A DNA stretch of 64,000 nucleotides from Vicugna vicugna (Eukaryota). Both the position numbers and the translations under genes were made by a program. The DNA lies in NCBI GenBank assembly GCA_013265495.1, contig MU057999.1, forward strand, positions 930,001 to 994,000, given 5' to 3'. Each line of letters begins with the position of its first letter. Within the stretch, counting starts at the first letter, position 1. Positions 1-10,789 of the stretch are shown in pieces. The notes beneath the pieces are model-generated. The model searched no databases and was not told the DNA's origin. It saw nothing but the letters and a program-made list of their open reading frames with translations.

Positions 1-879
1 GGGAGTCTTCAGGGCTGGGAACGGAGCCCCTGGCCTTCCCAGGCCAGGCTTGGGGGATGGCTCTACTTGTGGAGGAAGGAGTCAAAGGAGACTAGCCCTC
101 TGTTTCCCTCATCCTCCATTTTTCTTGTGTCCAGGCCCGTTTGGAGGAGCCTCAGACAGAGGGACCAGGACTAGAGGAGCCTGGCATCTCTGCTGTGCCC
201 TCACATCAGCCTGTGGCTGAGTTAGCCTCTGTGAGGAGGCAGGGGGCTTGGTCTAGAGCTTCAAAAACTGGAGAACCTTCCCTTCTCCCCACGCCACTGA
301 GTTACCAAGTTCTGTCCGTCCTGCTGCTAAGGATCTCTGAAACCTTTCCTTTCTCCCCGTTGCTCCAGTTATACTGCAGTTAGGCCCTCTCTGGTCATCC
401 TCGCTCCTGTCCTGGCCGCTCAGTGCATCCTCCACATGGCTGCCTGCCTCGGGGGTCTTCCCACAAAGCAAAGCTAGTCTTGGCCATCTGTGCAGAACTC
501 TTTAGGTGTCTCTACTACTTCAGGATAAAATCTGGCGCACCTCGTCCTCCCTTAGCACCAGGACATTGTGTATTTTGTTCCCTAAGTTATCTCCAGAACT
601 CTCTCTTATGGCCCCACCTCATGCTTCTGGCCAAACGGTGCCCTGGGGTTCCCAGAGTTGAGTCTGGTTTTCGGTGTTACTCACACACCCTTTCCTCTTC
701 CCGGATTTCCTTTCTCTGCCTCTTCGATTTGTTCTGCTCAGGTCTGCTCAATGGCTCCCGCTTACTGAGCCTTCCCTGTCTCCCCGACAAAGGCTTGTCA
801 GCAGCCCTTGCTTCTGTGCCCCGAGTGCTTTGTAAACATCGACCCTGGTGGCCTGCATCACAGGGTACCGGCAGCGTCT

Positions 880-1022
880 TCTCTCTCCCATTCCTCCCAC
901 GAGATTGTGCGCTCCCTGTGGGCAGGACAGCCTCCAGGTCACTTCTGTGGCTCCTCATTCAGCCCAGAGCAGGTGTTACAAGGACTCACTGTGCACATGT
1001 TGAATGAGTGAATGAATGAATG
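880..1022 (+). mobile_element. LINE-2 3' end fragment
   Basis: 'agattgtgcgctccctgtgggcaggac' followed by the L2 terminal tail 'ttgaatgagtgaatgaatgaat'. Confidence 0.65.
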
Positions 1023-1571
1023 GGAGAGCGGCGTGGGAACCACACAGTGATGTGTGAGGTGGTGGATGCTGCTGCCCTCTGGCTTCAGAGGAGTAGAATA
1101 GAGCCAGTCTTCTTCAGTTTCCTCTCCTACCATGCTGTTCCCCTGAAGGGCAGGGCTGGGGCCTTGGTCCTGGGATCTGAAAGCTAGACAGACACTCAGG
1201 ATTTCTGGCCCTGTGATGTACCTTGTCAAAGCCCCCAGGGAAACAGAATCAAGCTGTTGGAGGATCTTTCCTTAGGGAAATAAATATTCTCAACTTATAT
1301 TTAGAATGGTACTGTATCTTCTACATTATGGTTTGACTGACAGAAGAAGTGTGTTTAAGGTATTTTTAACTTGGAATCTTAAGAAGATGAAATCTAGTGA
1401 TTAGATCTTTGAAAGCTATTGTGTAATTTAAAAACTTTGGTAAAGGAGTATGTTTAAATGAAGAAAGAAAAAAAAATAGGCAACCAGATTGATGTGTTTC
1501 AGTTCTCTCTGTAACTTTAGAATTTTTTGTTCCAAAGGAATCCATTGTCTTCAGAAAGTGGCAACCAACAA

Positions 1572-1606
1572 TGTGTGTGTGTGAGTGTGTGTGTGTGTGT
1601 GTGTGT
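1572..1606. repeat. (TG)n microsatellite with one interruption
   Basis: Directly visible TG run. Confidence 0.95.
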
Positions 1607-1734
1607 AGCTCATACCATTCTTTATAAATAGCTCAAGATTATGTTCTTCGCCTCAAGACAAGAAAACATTGTAGAACAGGCCTTTTTCACTCTGTTGACA
1701 GAGACAGGGAGGCCTTTGAGGAAGTTATTACTGT

Positions 1735-1865
1735 GATCAGCATTATTCCTGTTTTGGAGAAGGAAAAAAATTGCAAAGGAAAGTGTTTAAATGACCAGCC
1801 CAAGACCATTCAGTCAGTGCGTGGTATAGATGGTGTTTGAGCCCAGACTCTCTTCCCCGAAATCA
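1735..1865 (-). mobile_element. MIR SINE fragment
   Basis: 'attattcctgttttggaga...aaatgaccagcccaagacc...gtttgagcccagac' resembles the reverse-complemented MIR core. Confidence 0.6.
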
Positions 1866-1953
1866 TATATTTTTATGGTTATTTTGATGTCTGAATGCAG
1901 AAGCTGTTTTTGTTATCCCCACGTTGCACTGTGGGGACCTTGGTGGGTAGAGC

Positions 1954-2522
1954 TGTGTGCTGCTTACCTCTTGCTGCGTAACACACACCTCCACAGAGGC
2001 GTAAACCACTTTTATTACTCGCAGATTCTCTGGAGGAGGAGTTTGGACAGGGCACAGCAGGGATGGGTTGCCTCTGCTCCACCATGGCTGGGGCCTCAGC
2101 TGGGAGACTTGATTGGCTGGGAGATAGAACCTTCTGGAGGTTTCTTCACTCACATGTCTGGCACCTGGGTTGGGATGACTGAAAGGGAAAGCTCAGCTGA
2201 GAGTTCTAGAACTGGACTGGAGCCCTTTCAGGTGCCTTCTCCACGTGGCCTGGGCTTCCTCATAGCATGGCTGCCTCAGGGCAGTTAGACTTTTTACAAG
2301 ATGGTTCAGGATCCTTAGAGAGGGTGTTTGAGTAGAGAAGGCAGAAGTTACTTGGCTTTTATGACCTTGTCTCCAAAGTCACACATCATCACTTCTGTTC
2401 TACCCACTGGTCAGAGAAGTCACAAGCTCACCTAGATTCAACAGGAGGGGACATAGGTCCCAATAGATCCCTCAATGAGAGGGGTATCAAAAATTCATAG
2501 TCATGTGTTTAAAACTACAACA
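1954..2522 (-). mobile_element. MaLR solo LTR (MLT1, H/G/F-like)
   Basis: 'ttgctgcgtaaca', 'ttcttcactcacatgtctggc', 'tccacgtggcctgggcttcctcatagcatgg', 'aaagtcacacatcatcacttctg'; TG...CA ends. Confidence 0.8.
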
Positions 2523-3236
2523 GATGATTTCTCTTCTAACTGGATTGAGCCAGGTTCCGTGTCATCTGGAAGAAAGGGGATGAGGAAGATAGCCTCTGGA
2601 AAGACTTGGAATTTGGTAATGCCTTGGATTTCTCCAGCCACATGAGGAGAAAGGCCTTCTGGGTCATCCCATTTACTTCTCCTGGGCAGGGCCAGGTCAG
2701 AGAAGAGGTGGCCCTTGTCATGCTCTGCTGGGATGAACACTCAGTGCATATCAGGTGGATCTCTGGACACGACATTAGGCCAGGGGCTTAAGTGTTGTGT
2801 GGTTTGCGGTCCTCTGCCCACTGATCCTAAGCCAAGCACTGTGACACGTTGGAGGGAAGATACTTCATCTGGCGTAATCCTGCTGAGTAAAGGGATTGAG
2901 AACCTCTGTGGGAGAGGAACAGACAAAGACATGGTTTCCTAGGAATTCTAAGCACTTTATCCATGAGCTCCAAGAGTTCCCCTCCTTCAAGCTGGATCAA
3001 GGAGATAAGCATAGGACCAGCAGGACACTGGACCTCACAGGGTCATCCTTGTCCTACCAAGGCATTGCTGACACATTAGGGTCTCCTGGGACATGTGTTG
3101 ACCAACTGCTTCATTCTTGGTAGTCAAAGGTGGCTCCAAATGAGCTTTCTTACCTCATTTCCCACATGGTGGTTCCCCTCACCAGCCCTCTGGCCACACC
3201 AGATTTTGTCATTAGTTTTTCATGAGCCATCATGCC

Positions 3237-3597
3237 TGTACCAGTGAGCATTGGCTAGGTTATGGTGCAGTAACAAACACTCCCCAAGACTTAGTGGCTT
3301 AAAACAACACATATTTATTTCCCTCTCATAGTGTATGTTCATCATGAGTTGGCAAGGTTGTATTTCATGCCACTGAGAGTCATCTATTAGAGGAAAAGGG
3401 GACTCTTGTGGGTCTTGCATTGGCAATTAAATGTCCCAGCCTAGATGTGACACACGTTGCCTCTAATAAACTCAGCACCAGAATGAGATTCATGGCCTCA
3501 ATCTCACCTCTCAAAAGGGCCAGGAGGCACAATCCCACTGTATCCCTGGAACACAGAGAGCTGGAAAAAAGGCAAAGTGCACAGTGGTCTCCTTACA
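3237..3597 (-). mobile_element. MaLR solo LTR (MLT1J-like)
   Basis: 'ggctaggttatggtgcagtaacaaac...cttagtggcttaaaacaacacatatttatttc', 'gatgtgacacacgttgcctct'; TG...CA ends. Confidence 0.8.
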
Positions 3598-3644
3598 TCA
3601 GTACCTTTGCCCTCCCTTCACAATATGCTTTCCCTCTTCTACAC

Positions 3645-3790
3645 ATTTTCATTCATGCATGCTTGCCCACGTGCAACCATCCATCTACCCATCTAATGTT
3701 TAGTGAGCAACTGTCCTAGGCCAGGTATGGCGCTAGGTGCTAAGCATAGGGAGATGAGAAGGTTCCCTGGAGAAGTCCAAAATCTAACTG
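3645..3790 (-). mobile_element. LINE-2 3' end fragment
   Basis: 'ttcattcat...tgtttagtgagcaactgtcctaggccaggtatggcgctaggtgct'. Confidence 0.65.
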
Positions 3791-3917
3791 AGGTTGTTGA
3801 AAATCTATTCAGCTTTTTCAGGCTGTAGCTAAACTCTCCATGAAGACAGCCAGTCTTAGTGGATCCTTCCTCGACAATAAGTTATTGATGGTTAAGCAAA
3901 AGAATCATCTTTATTTA

Positions 3918-4049
3918 GAGGGGGGTACAGCTCAGTGATAGAGCATGTGCTTAGCATGCAGGAGGGTCTAGGTTCCATCTCCAGTACCTCCATTATAAAA
4001 TAAGTAAACCTAATTACCTCCCCCCAAAACCAAAACCAAACAAAAAATA
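3918..4049 (+). mobile_element. tRNA-derived SINE, Vic-1-like (Camelidae)
   Basis: Pol III A-box 'cagctcagtgatagagc', B-box-like 'ggttccatctcc', tail 'aagtaaacctaattacctccccccaaaac' and A-rich end; paralogous to 18157-18285. Confidence 0.85.
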
Positions 4050-4059
4050 ACTGTTATTT

Positions 4060-4275
4060 AATTATTATTGAGCCTTTGCATTAAGCCAGACATTTTGCTA
4101 ATAGTTCAGCTGAACCTTCACTACAGTTTTGAGTGGTTGGCTGGATTATGCCCATTTACAAATGAGTAAATTCAGCCTCCCAGGGGATAAGCCATTTGTC
4201 CAAGGTCACACAGCTAGCAGGTGGCAGAGCTGAGTTTGTATTTGGGCCAAGTCTAAGCCCTTCCTCTTCAGTGGC
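4060..4275 (-). mobile_element. MIR SINE
   Basis: 'cccatttacaaatgagtaaattcag...ttgtccaaggtcacacagctagcaggtggcagagctg' is a close MIR core match. Confidence 0.85.
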
Positions 4276-4437
4276 TACTTGACACTTATTTTTAATGCTC
4301 ATGCAATTTTTTGTCTCTGAATCAGAGACCTGGAAACCACACACAAAGATTATTCTCTGCAGTTGTCCTGCACACACAGAGAAGGCAGGGATGACTTCCC
4401 GTGATGTCTGATCATTCGAGTCCTTTGGGATGAATTA

Positions 4438-4532
4438 ATGAAGGAGAGAGAGGGGGAGGGAGGGAAAGAAGAAAGGACGGGAAGAAGGAAAGAGAAAGGA
4501 AAGGAACAAAGGTGGGGGAGGAGGGGGAGGGA
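4438..4532. repeat. GA-rich low-complexity purine tract
   Basis: About 95 nt almost entirely G/A. Confidence 0.85.
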
Positions 4533-4899
4533 CTGATGCTCTTAACAGAGCGTGAAAGTCTTGATGTGGAGGTGGCGTGGCTCTGTGTGGAGGGCCGGCA
4601 AAGGCGCGGACCCTGTGGGAGGGTGTCGTGTAAACTGGCGGTGTTGCTCTGACGCCTGGATCCCCAGCTCTGCCCATCAGTCTCCTGGTCCCGTGCCTCG
4701 GCGCCTCTCCTTACCGCGCCAGACTTTCTCCAGCCTACCACGTCTGAACCGACTACAATTAAATACACAGATGTATTCCTCCTCACTCGGCTGCTGAAAA
4801 GGAAATATTTTGGAAGAATCTGACAACTCAGGATCACAGCTCCGAGAAGCTGGAGGAAGGAAGAAAGGGCTACAAAGGAGGCATCAAACAGAGTTTTTA

Positions 4900-5600
4900 A
4901 AGGTCACTCTCTGATTTGGGGTGTTACTTTCCAAAGCGATATTTTGAGATTTTAAAAAAAAAAAAAACCCGCGAGTATAACAATTACAACTTGCCTCGGT
5001 CCTCTGCAGTTCAATGATGGTTTACATCAAGCTCCACAATGACTGGCGAGGCCAGAAAGAATCGGCCTGTCTGCAGCCTGGCCCTGCGAGCCAGGTCCAG
5101 TTTGTTTCCCACGATTGCCCCGGATTTATCATAAGAACAATCTGCAGTCCCGCGCGGCTCTTATCTGGTGCCCGAGCCTTAGACTGTGTCCTATATGTTG
5201 GTACAAGCCTTGGGTTAATCTAGATTCTTCTAACGTGGCTTCTTGGTATTTTAATAAAAAGGCCTCCCTTAGTGTCTTTCAGGCTCCAGCCTCAAGGGGC
5301 AAATTGCTTTCTTCTGCGTTCCCTCCTTCGTGTGCATGCACCCCTGTGTATGTGGGTGTGCCTGGTAAATGCATGTGCAGCCCTATGTATACTGTGTGTG
5401 CGTGCGTGCGTGCACGCGTGTGTGACCATGCGTATACGCGTGACTCCTGTGCTGGCGGCTTGCGGCCGGGAGGTGATGTGGAAGTGCCTAATTGCATTTG
5501 CTGTTTAGCAATTAACCACTCGCAGGTGCAACGAGTACTGAGCACAGTTCTGCGAGTGTGGCTCATTGCAGGTGTAAAGGATTCACCTCTCTGGTTCTCC
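4900..5600. promoter_or_regulatory. Candidate conserved non-coding/enhancer island
   Basis: No recognisable repeat, CpGs retained, RBPJ-type TTCCCACG (5106-5113) and GATA-like sites; function not demonstrable from sequence. Confidence 0.3.
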
Positions 5601-6859
5601 TCATGGCTCAGAGGGGCTCAGGGCTAATTCTCCCCCACCATCTGGGTTCAGGCGTTTCCTCTGGCCAGAAGATCCCCTGGGGAGAGGGGCCCAGGGGGGA
5701 TGGGAGAGCCACTACAGAGCATGAAGGGGCCTAGAGGTGAAGACAAGGAGGGCAGAGTTCTTGGGAGACTCTGCAGGGAGTCGTGAACTGCTTCCCCACC
5801 AGGGCACCCGTGCAACGCACAGGGTGAGCTGGGTCCTTGGTTGCAGAACCTCCACAGCGGGGGCCTGGCCTCTCCTCGGGTGAGGCCCTCTGTGATGGGC
5901 TTTGGTTTTCTGAAGGGCCTGCAGAGGGTGACCCCCTTTCCTAGGACCCTTTGCCCAGGCAGTGACCCAAACCCAGTGACAGAGGTGGTTGATGGAAGTC
6001 GGGACAAATGTTTGGGAAGCTTGGGCCCCTCTGCAGTATTGCCACCGCGCTGTGTGACAGCTGCACCCTTAGCCTCAGCTAGTCATCTGCAAAGTTGGGG
6101 TGACACTCTCCGTCACCTTCCTGGCGGCCCCCGGGGTGTCCTGAGGGTTAGATGACTGTGACTTCAGTTGTGGACTCGCCTGGTGAAGAATAAATTCTCT
6201 GTCCTGCAAGGGAGCAGGTGACTCTCGGGTGGCCCTGGGCGGTTTCTTACATGAAACGTGTTCATGGTAAACGTCTCCGAAGGGGTCATGGGGATGAAGA
6301 AGCAGGAGTGGGAGGGAATTCTCAGCCCTGAACTCTGCTCCTCGTGTCTGAGTATCTGTTTCATGGCTGGTTGACAGTGAGGGCCTGAGAGCAGCCTGGG
6401 GTGACCCTGGGGTGAGAGGGGGCTCAGGGTGTCATGGGGGAACACTCAGAAAGTAACAGCTTAGTGTCCTGAGGGGTGGCATGTGCGTGTGAGGGTGGCT
6501 CCTGAGGCCGAGGGAGCTTGGGTGGCCTCAGTGGAAGGGCGTGGAGCCCGGTAGGGACCCCATGTGATTCCCAGAGTTTACTCCAAGGGGAAGCTGGACC
6601 AGGAGGGACCACCACCCTGGTGTCACATTTTTGGTTGAGTCCTTTTTATTGCATGACTAGACCTGGCTTCCCAGTCCCGGCCCTTTGTTCCTACTCTGGG
6701 CCCCTTTCCGTAGACCTCGGCCTGCCCCTTGTGGGGTTCAGTGGAACACCCAGGGCCATGAAGGGTGGCTTTCTGTTGGGAGTGAGTTGAGTTGGCTCAT
6801 TCTGCCTTATTTCTCAAGAGACTCCTATTCCTCCTAACAGGAATGAGGACTTGCCCATA

Positions 6860-7030
6860 TACTTGGCCACTGGTTACTTGCTCCTTAGATTTCTCATGTA
6901 TGAAATGCGATAATATTAGAGCCTATTTCATAGAGTTGTACAGAGGATTAAATGAGATGGATGAGCTGCTCAGCGTGTGAGCGAGAACGGAGCCAACCCT
7001 CCCCAAGTATTAGTACTCAGGTTACTCGTG
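6860..7030 (+). mobile_element. MIR SINE fragment
   Basis: 'gatttctcatgtatgaaatgcgataatattagagcctatttcatagagttgtacagaggattaaatgaga'. Confidence 0.75.
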
Positions 7031-7634
7031 TTCCTACCCCTGCTCTTACCTCTGCTCTCCTGATGCTGCTTTCTTCCAAGAACGCCTGCCTCTACCCAGG
7101 ATGGCTTAGTCAGTGTTGCCTTTTGGCTCTGGCTGCCAGGACCCCATGATTCTGAGGTCAGTGTGGTTTGGACTCAAATCACTGGCTCAGTCAGGACAGT
7201 GAATGGCCGTGGTTCTCCTGGGAATCCGGTGGTCAGGAGTCACATACAGTTCCAGCTGAGAGAAACCTGTCCACCCAGATCATGGCCTCAGAAGCGGATT
7301 TCACTCGCAACAATTCGGGAGTGAGGTACACACAAAAACACCTGCATTTCGCCTGTTGCTTTAGATGATAAATTCAGGCTTCACACATCAGGTCGGGAGG
7401 TGAGCGTTCAGATGCCGACTCCTCAGCTTCATCCTGCGATCCTGGGAAGGGGCTGTTTTGGGGATCACTAAAGAATGTGAGTGCTGGGAGGATCCTGCAT
7501 GATTATTCCATGAGCGGTGTTTTTCATTTGGGGAAAGTGGTGGCAGAGTGGCCAGTGAATGTAGCCAGAGTTCAGCTGACTCGGGTGCTTTCTCTCTTGG
7601 ATGGTGCCTTTCAAGTCTTTCCTGTCAGATGCAC

Positions 7635-7678
7635 TGCAGCTTAAACGAGCCTTTCTTAATTGCAGCTTAAACGAGCCT
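7635..7678. repeat. 18-bp exact direct repeat (tgcagcttaaacgagcct x2, 8-bp spacer)
   Basis: Copies at 7635-7652 and 7661-7678. Confidence 0.95.
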
Positions 7679-7978
7679 CACAAATAAGCATAAGCATTGA
7701 TGTGTGTGTGCGTGCGTGGCTGTTAGCATCCCAGCCAGTGTGCAGCTGATTCCAGACAGTAGCTTGAGGGACTGGTGCAGCATCGGCCAGGGCACCTGGA
7801 AACCAAGTGAGGTCATGACCCAACTTACCCATCTGGAAAGTGGGGGGCCTGGGACAGGGAACTCTCATTTTTTACTTCACATTGAACTGTAGTCTAGCCC
7901 ATGGGCTCCAGACTTTTGGACCACAAATGAACCCCACAATATCAGGTTACTAATATAAAATCTCCGTTAAGGATGCTA

Positions 7979-8003
7979 ACACACACACACACACACACAC
8001 ACA
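7979..8003. repeat. (CA)n microsatellite
   Basis: Directly visible. Confidence 0.95.
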
Positions 8004-8170
8004 TCCCCCCCAAACAAAAGCAGGCGAGCTGCTTTTCAGCACCTGCTGCATCATTTCTTAAAGGAAGATCAGTTTAACACCAAAAAAGAAGACAGAGGGA
8101 TCCCTTTCTCTCCAACGCAGTGTGTGTCCTCGCGGTCCTGGGGCAGGCTAACTATATGTTTCCGAAAAAG

Positions 8171-8657
8171 TGTTACCAAGTCCGAGCTCGTACTGCTTGC
8201 CGCACGACAGGTCAGCAAATCGAGAGATGAGGTGTTGGGGCAAGGAAGAGTGACTTTATCTGGAAAGCCAGCAGACTGAGAAGGTGGTGGACTAGTGTCC
8301 CAAAGAACCGTCTTGCCTGAGGTAGAATTTGGGCTTCTTTTATACCAAAAGGGAAGGGAGTAAAGCCAAACATTTCCTGACTCAGGTCAGCCTCCAGAGG
8401 AGATGTGTTAATTTCTTCCTTCTTGCTGTCATTCATGGGTGGGCCTGGTCAGGCTGTTTCCTGTGAGCTAGATAAAGGTATTTTAGCTTAGCGCTCATTC
8501 CTTGGGAAGCAGGGTTCCCAGGGGTGGGCCATTATGTACGATTTAAGCTTATAGGCAACACCCCTTTAGAGATTCACTTGTAGCAAAAGCCACAGAATAC
8601 AAAAGTGAAAGTAAAGAAACATCAGATACGGAGTCAGATTTGTTCTTCCCAATAACG
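8171..8657 (-). mobile_element. ERV1-class solo LTR (cetartiodactyl MER41-like)
   Basis: Inverted termini tgtta...taacg(a); minus strand begins 'gttattgggaagaacaaatctgactcc'; TATAAAAG on minus at 8337-8344; family name from recollection. Confidence 0.75.
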
Positions 8658-8721
8658 ATGGCTAACGTTTATTACGTATAGGCACTGCCCTGCCTGGATA
8701 CGTCGCAGGCATGCATGCATG

Positions 8722-8912
8722 TATTTATTTATTTATATTGAAGATAGTCAGTTTACAATGTTGTGTCAATTTCTGGTGTACAGCATGTGTCAGTCATACA
8801 CATACATACATACACTCCTTTTCATATTCTTTTTCATTATAGGCTACTACAAGATATTGAATGTAGCTCTCTGTGCTATATGGTAGAAACTTGCTGTCTG
8901 TCTATTTTATAC
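8722..8912 (-). mobile_element. 5'-truncated young L1 3' end (camelid/artiodactyl type)
   Basis: T-rich tail then 'ttgaagatagtcagtttacaatgttgtgtcaatttctggtgtacagca'; paralogous to copies at 45914, 50989 and 63873. Confidence 0.9.
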
Positions 8913-8939
8913 ATGCACTCATTTAATCATCCCAACAAC

Positions 8940-9318
8940 TGTTAGGGACTAAGTGGTGTCCCCACAAAATTTGAATGTTGAAGCCCTAACCTGAACTGGG
9001 ACTGTACTTGGAGATGGGGCCGTTAGCAAGGTGATGAGAGTTCAGTGAAGTCACAAGGGTGGGGCTCTTAGAAGAAGAGGAAGAGACACCAGGGCTCTGC
9101 CTCCACCCGTGCTCAGAGAAAAGGCCATGTGGGGACACGGTGTGAAGGTACCATCTGCAAGCAGAGGAGAGAGACCTTGCCAGAAACCAACCTCGCTGGC
9201 ACCTTGACTTAGGTAGACTTCCAGCCTCCAGAAGTCTGGAATGTGAGGGAATGATTGTGTGAGGGTTAGGCTACCGGCCTGTGGTCTTCTGTTGCAGCAG
9301 CCTGAACAGATTAATACG
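8940..9318 (+). mobile_element. MaLR solo LTR (MLT1A/B-like)
   Basis: 'tgtccccacaaaatttgaatgttgaagccctaac', 'aaggccatgtggggacac', 'gctggcaccttga...gacttccagcctccagaa'. Confidence 0.85.
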
Positions 9319-10019
9319 ACAGTCCTTTGGGGGTATGTCCTTTGGTCAGCTCCGATTTGCCAAGGAGGACCTTGAATCCCCGAGTTATGACTAGCTTGTC
9401 CAGGGCTGAGCAGAAACTGTGGGCTTGGCTTTGTTCCAGAGTCAGAGCTCGTATCCATTAAGGCGGTGACCTGAGGCTGAGATAGGAGGGAGGCCCAAGT
9501 CCTTACTCTTCAATCTAAGCCAGTAGCTCTGTCCCTCTGAACCAGGGCACAAGGCTCTGTGTTGAGCAATGCCTACTAGCCCTAGGGGGCTGTTCTGGCT
9601 GAAAGAGAATGAATATAAAGTGCCGGGCTCAGAGCTGGGCACAAAATGGGCAACAGCTCAAGAGATGCTAATGGGATCTGACGAACACATACTTTGGCAT
9701 CTCTTTGTCTTCAGCTTAATGTGTGTAAGCGTATTCCTAGAACAGCTTAAGTATGTCTTTTTCAAAGAGGAGCAGTTAGCCTAATCAAATGAGTAAACAT
9801 GAGCAGAATGAATCACTGTCAGGGTCTATAAATAGTCTTGATGTGCTAACTACCCTAATACGAGCAGCTACAGTAAATGAACGCACCATTAGACTGTAAA
9901 CAGGACTATCCATACCACAAGGCGCCTCCCCCGACCCCGTATCGCTAACGGATACTGGCTGCGGTGACCATGACAGTGATGAGGTACAAGTATTCCGGCA
10001 CCCAGATCCACATGGTTTG

Positions 10020-10165
10020 TACTTGAAGTACTTACAAGGATTTGTGTGTCCAGTAATCCCTCCCCAAACACACATTCTCTTTTTATGAAATTCTGGTATC
10101 CCTGGATTTATTTCTGTATACTCTGAGAATTTCTGTTCCAGGGTATTCAGGTTTGGAGTCACTGC
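10020..10165. mobile_element. Possible hAT-Charlie MITE fragment
   Basis: Ends 'ggtttggagtcactg|ctgtag', resembling a Charlie-type terminus and target. Confidence 0.35.
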
Positions 10166-10560
10166 TGTAGGGGATACTTTAGAAACAGAGGAACTGGTGG
10201 TAGTAGAAAAGAGAGAGGGAGTGGAAGGCAGGGAAGCAGGTGATGCTGACAAAGCGGACTCGGAGGAAGACTCACGTGCCCTCCTGTGTCCGAGTCTGCT
10301 CTGCGAAGGGCCCTGGGAGGTACCTGATCTGGGGTCAGCGTTTAAGGAGCTCCGTCTCTCTCATCATGTTGTGAGCAGGTTGAGGAATCAGACACCTACA
10401 GAGGTCTTCTGAGTAAATTAAACAGATTCCTGAAAATGTCTCAAGCTTTCCAATTACTGTGTGTCTCTGGCACCCCATTGGAAGCAATGAGTCAAGGTCC
10501 AAGTAGCAGGTGACATAAATCACAAAGGCTCTGAATATTTGACTGGAGGACAGGATAGAC

Positions 10561-10593
10561 AAAAAAAAAAGAAAAAAGAAAAAAAAAGAAGAA
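10561..10593. repeat. A-rich tract
   Basis: A10-G-A6-G-A9 directly visible. Confidence 0.9.
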
Positions 10594-10789
10594 TCAGTGT
10601 GTGCATTTACAGCACCAGCGTGGGAAAATTACCACTGCTTTTCTTGAAACCGTGGAGGGGAGATTCTGAAAATGTTTTGAGCAAACAGAAGCTAGTAAAT
10701 GGGAATTATTAACATGGAAATCATAAATGATTGCTTTAATTTATGCAACATGTTATTGATATTTTTTGTGTGTCTGACATTTTGATTTT

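Larger units (their letters stand above)
8658..9440 (-). mobile_element. MIR SINE split into three pieces by later insertions
   Basis: Pieces ~8658-8720 ('gctaacgtttatt..aggcactg'), 8913-8939 ('ctcatttaatcatcccaacaac') and ~9320-9440 follow MIR order. Confidence 0.6.

Noticed and set aside
423..1007. Longest ORF (194 aa)
   Set aside because: GTG start, Leu/Ser/Pro/Cys-rich, runs into an L2 tail, and has no recognisable homology.
3918..3992. tRNA gene (also 18157-18222)
   Set aside because: The tRNA-like head is followed by a shared non-tRNA tail and A-rich end, with a TSD in copy 2 and a damaged T-arm. These are SINEs.
7635..7678. CRISPR-like repeat-spacer unit (also 56190-56226 and 37569-37608)
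   Set aside because: Only 2-3 short copies, spacers under 10 bp, no cas genes, mammalian context.
9785..10252. 155-aa Cys-containing minus ORF as an endogenous viral element or NUMT
   Set aside because: I checked the frames by eye and recognised no viral or mitochondrial motif, and part resembles a hAT MITE end. A tBLASTx/HMM search would be needed to exclude it fully.
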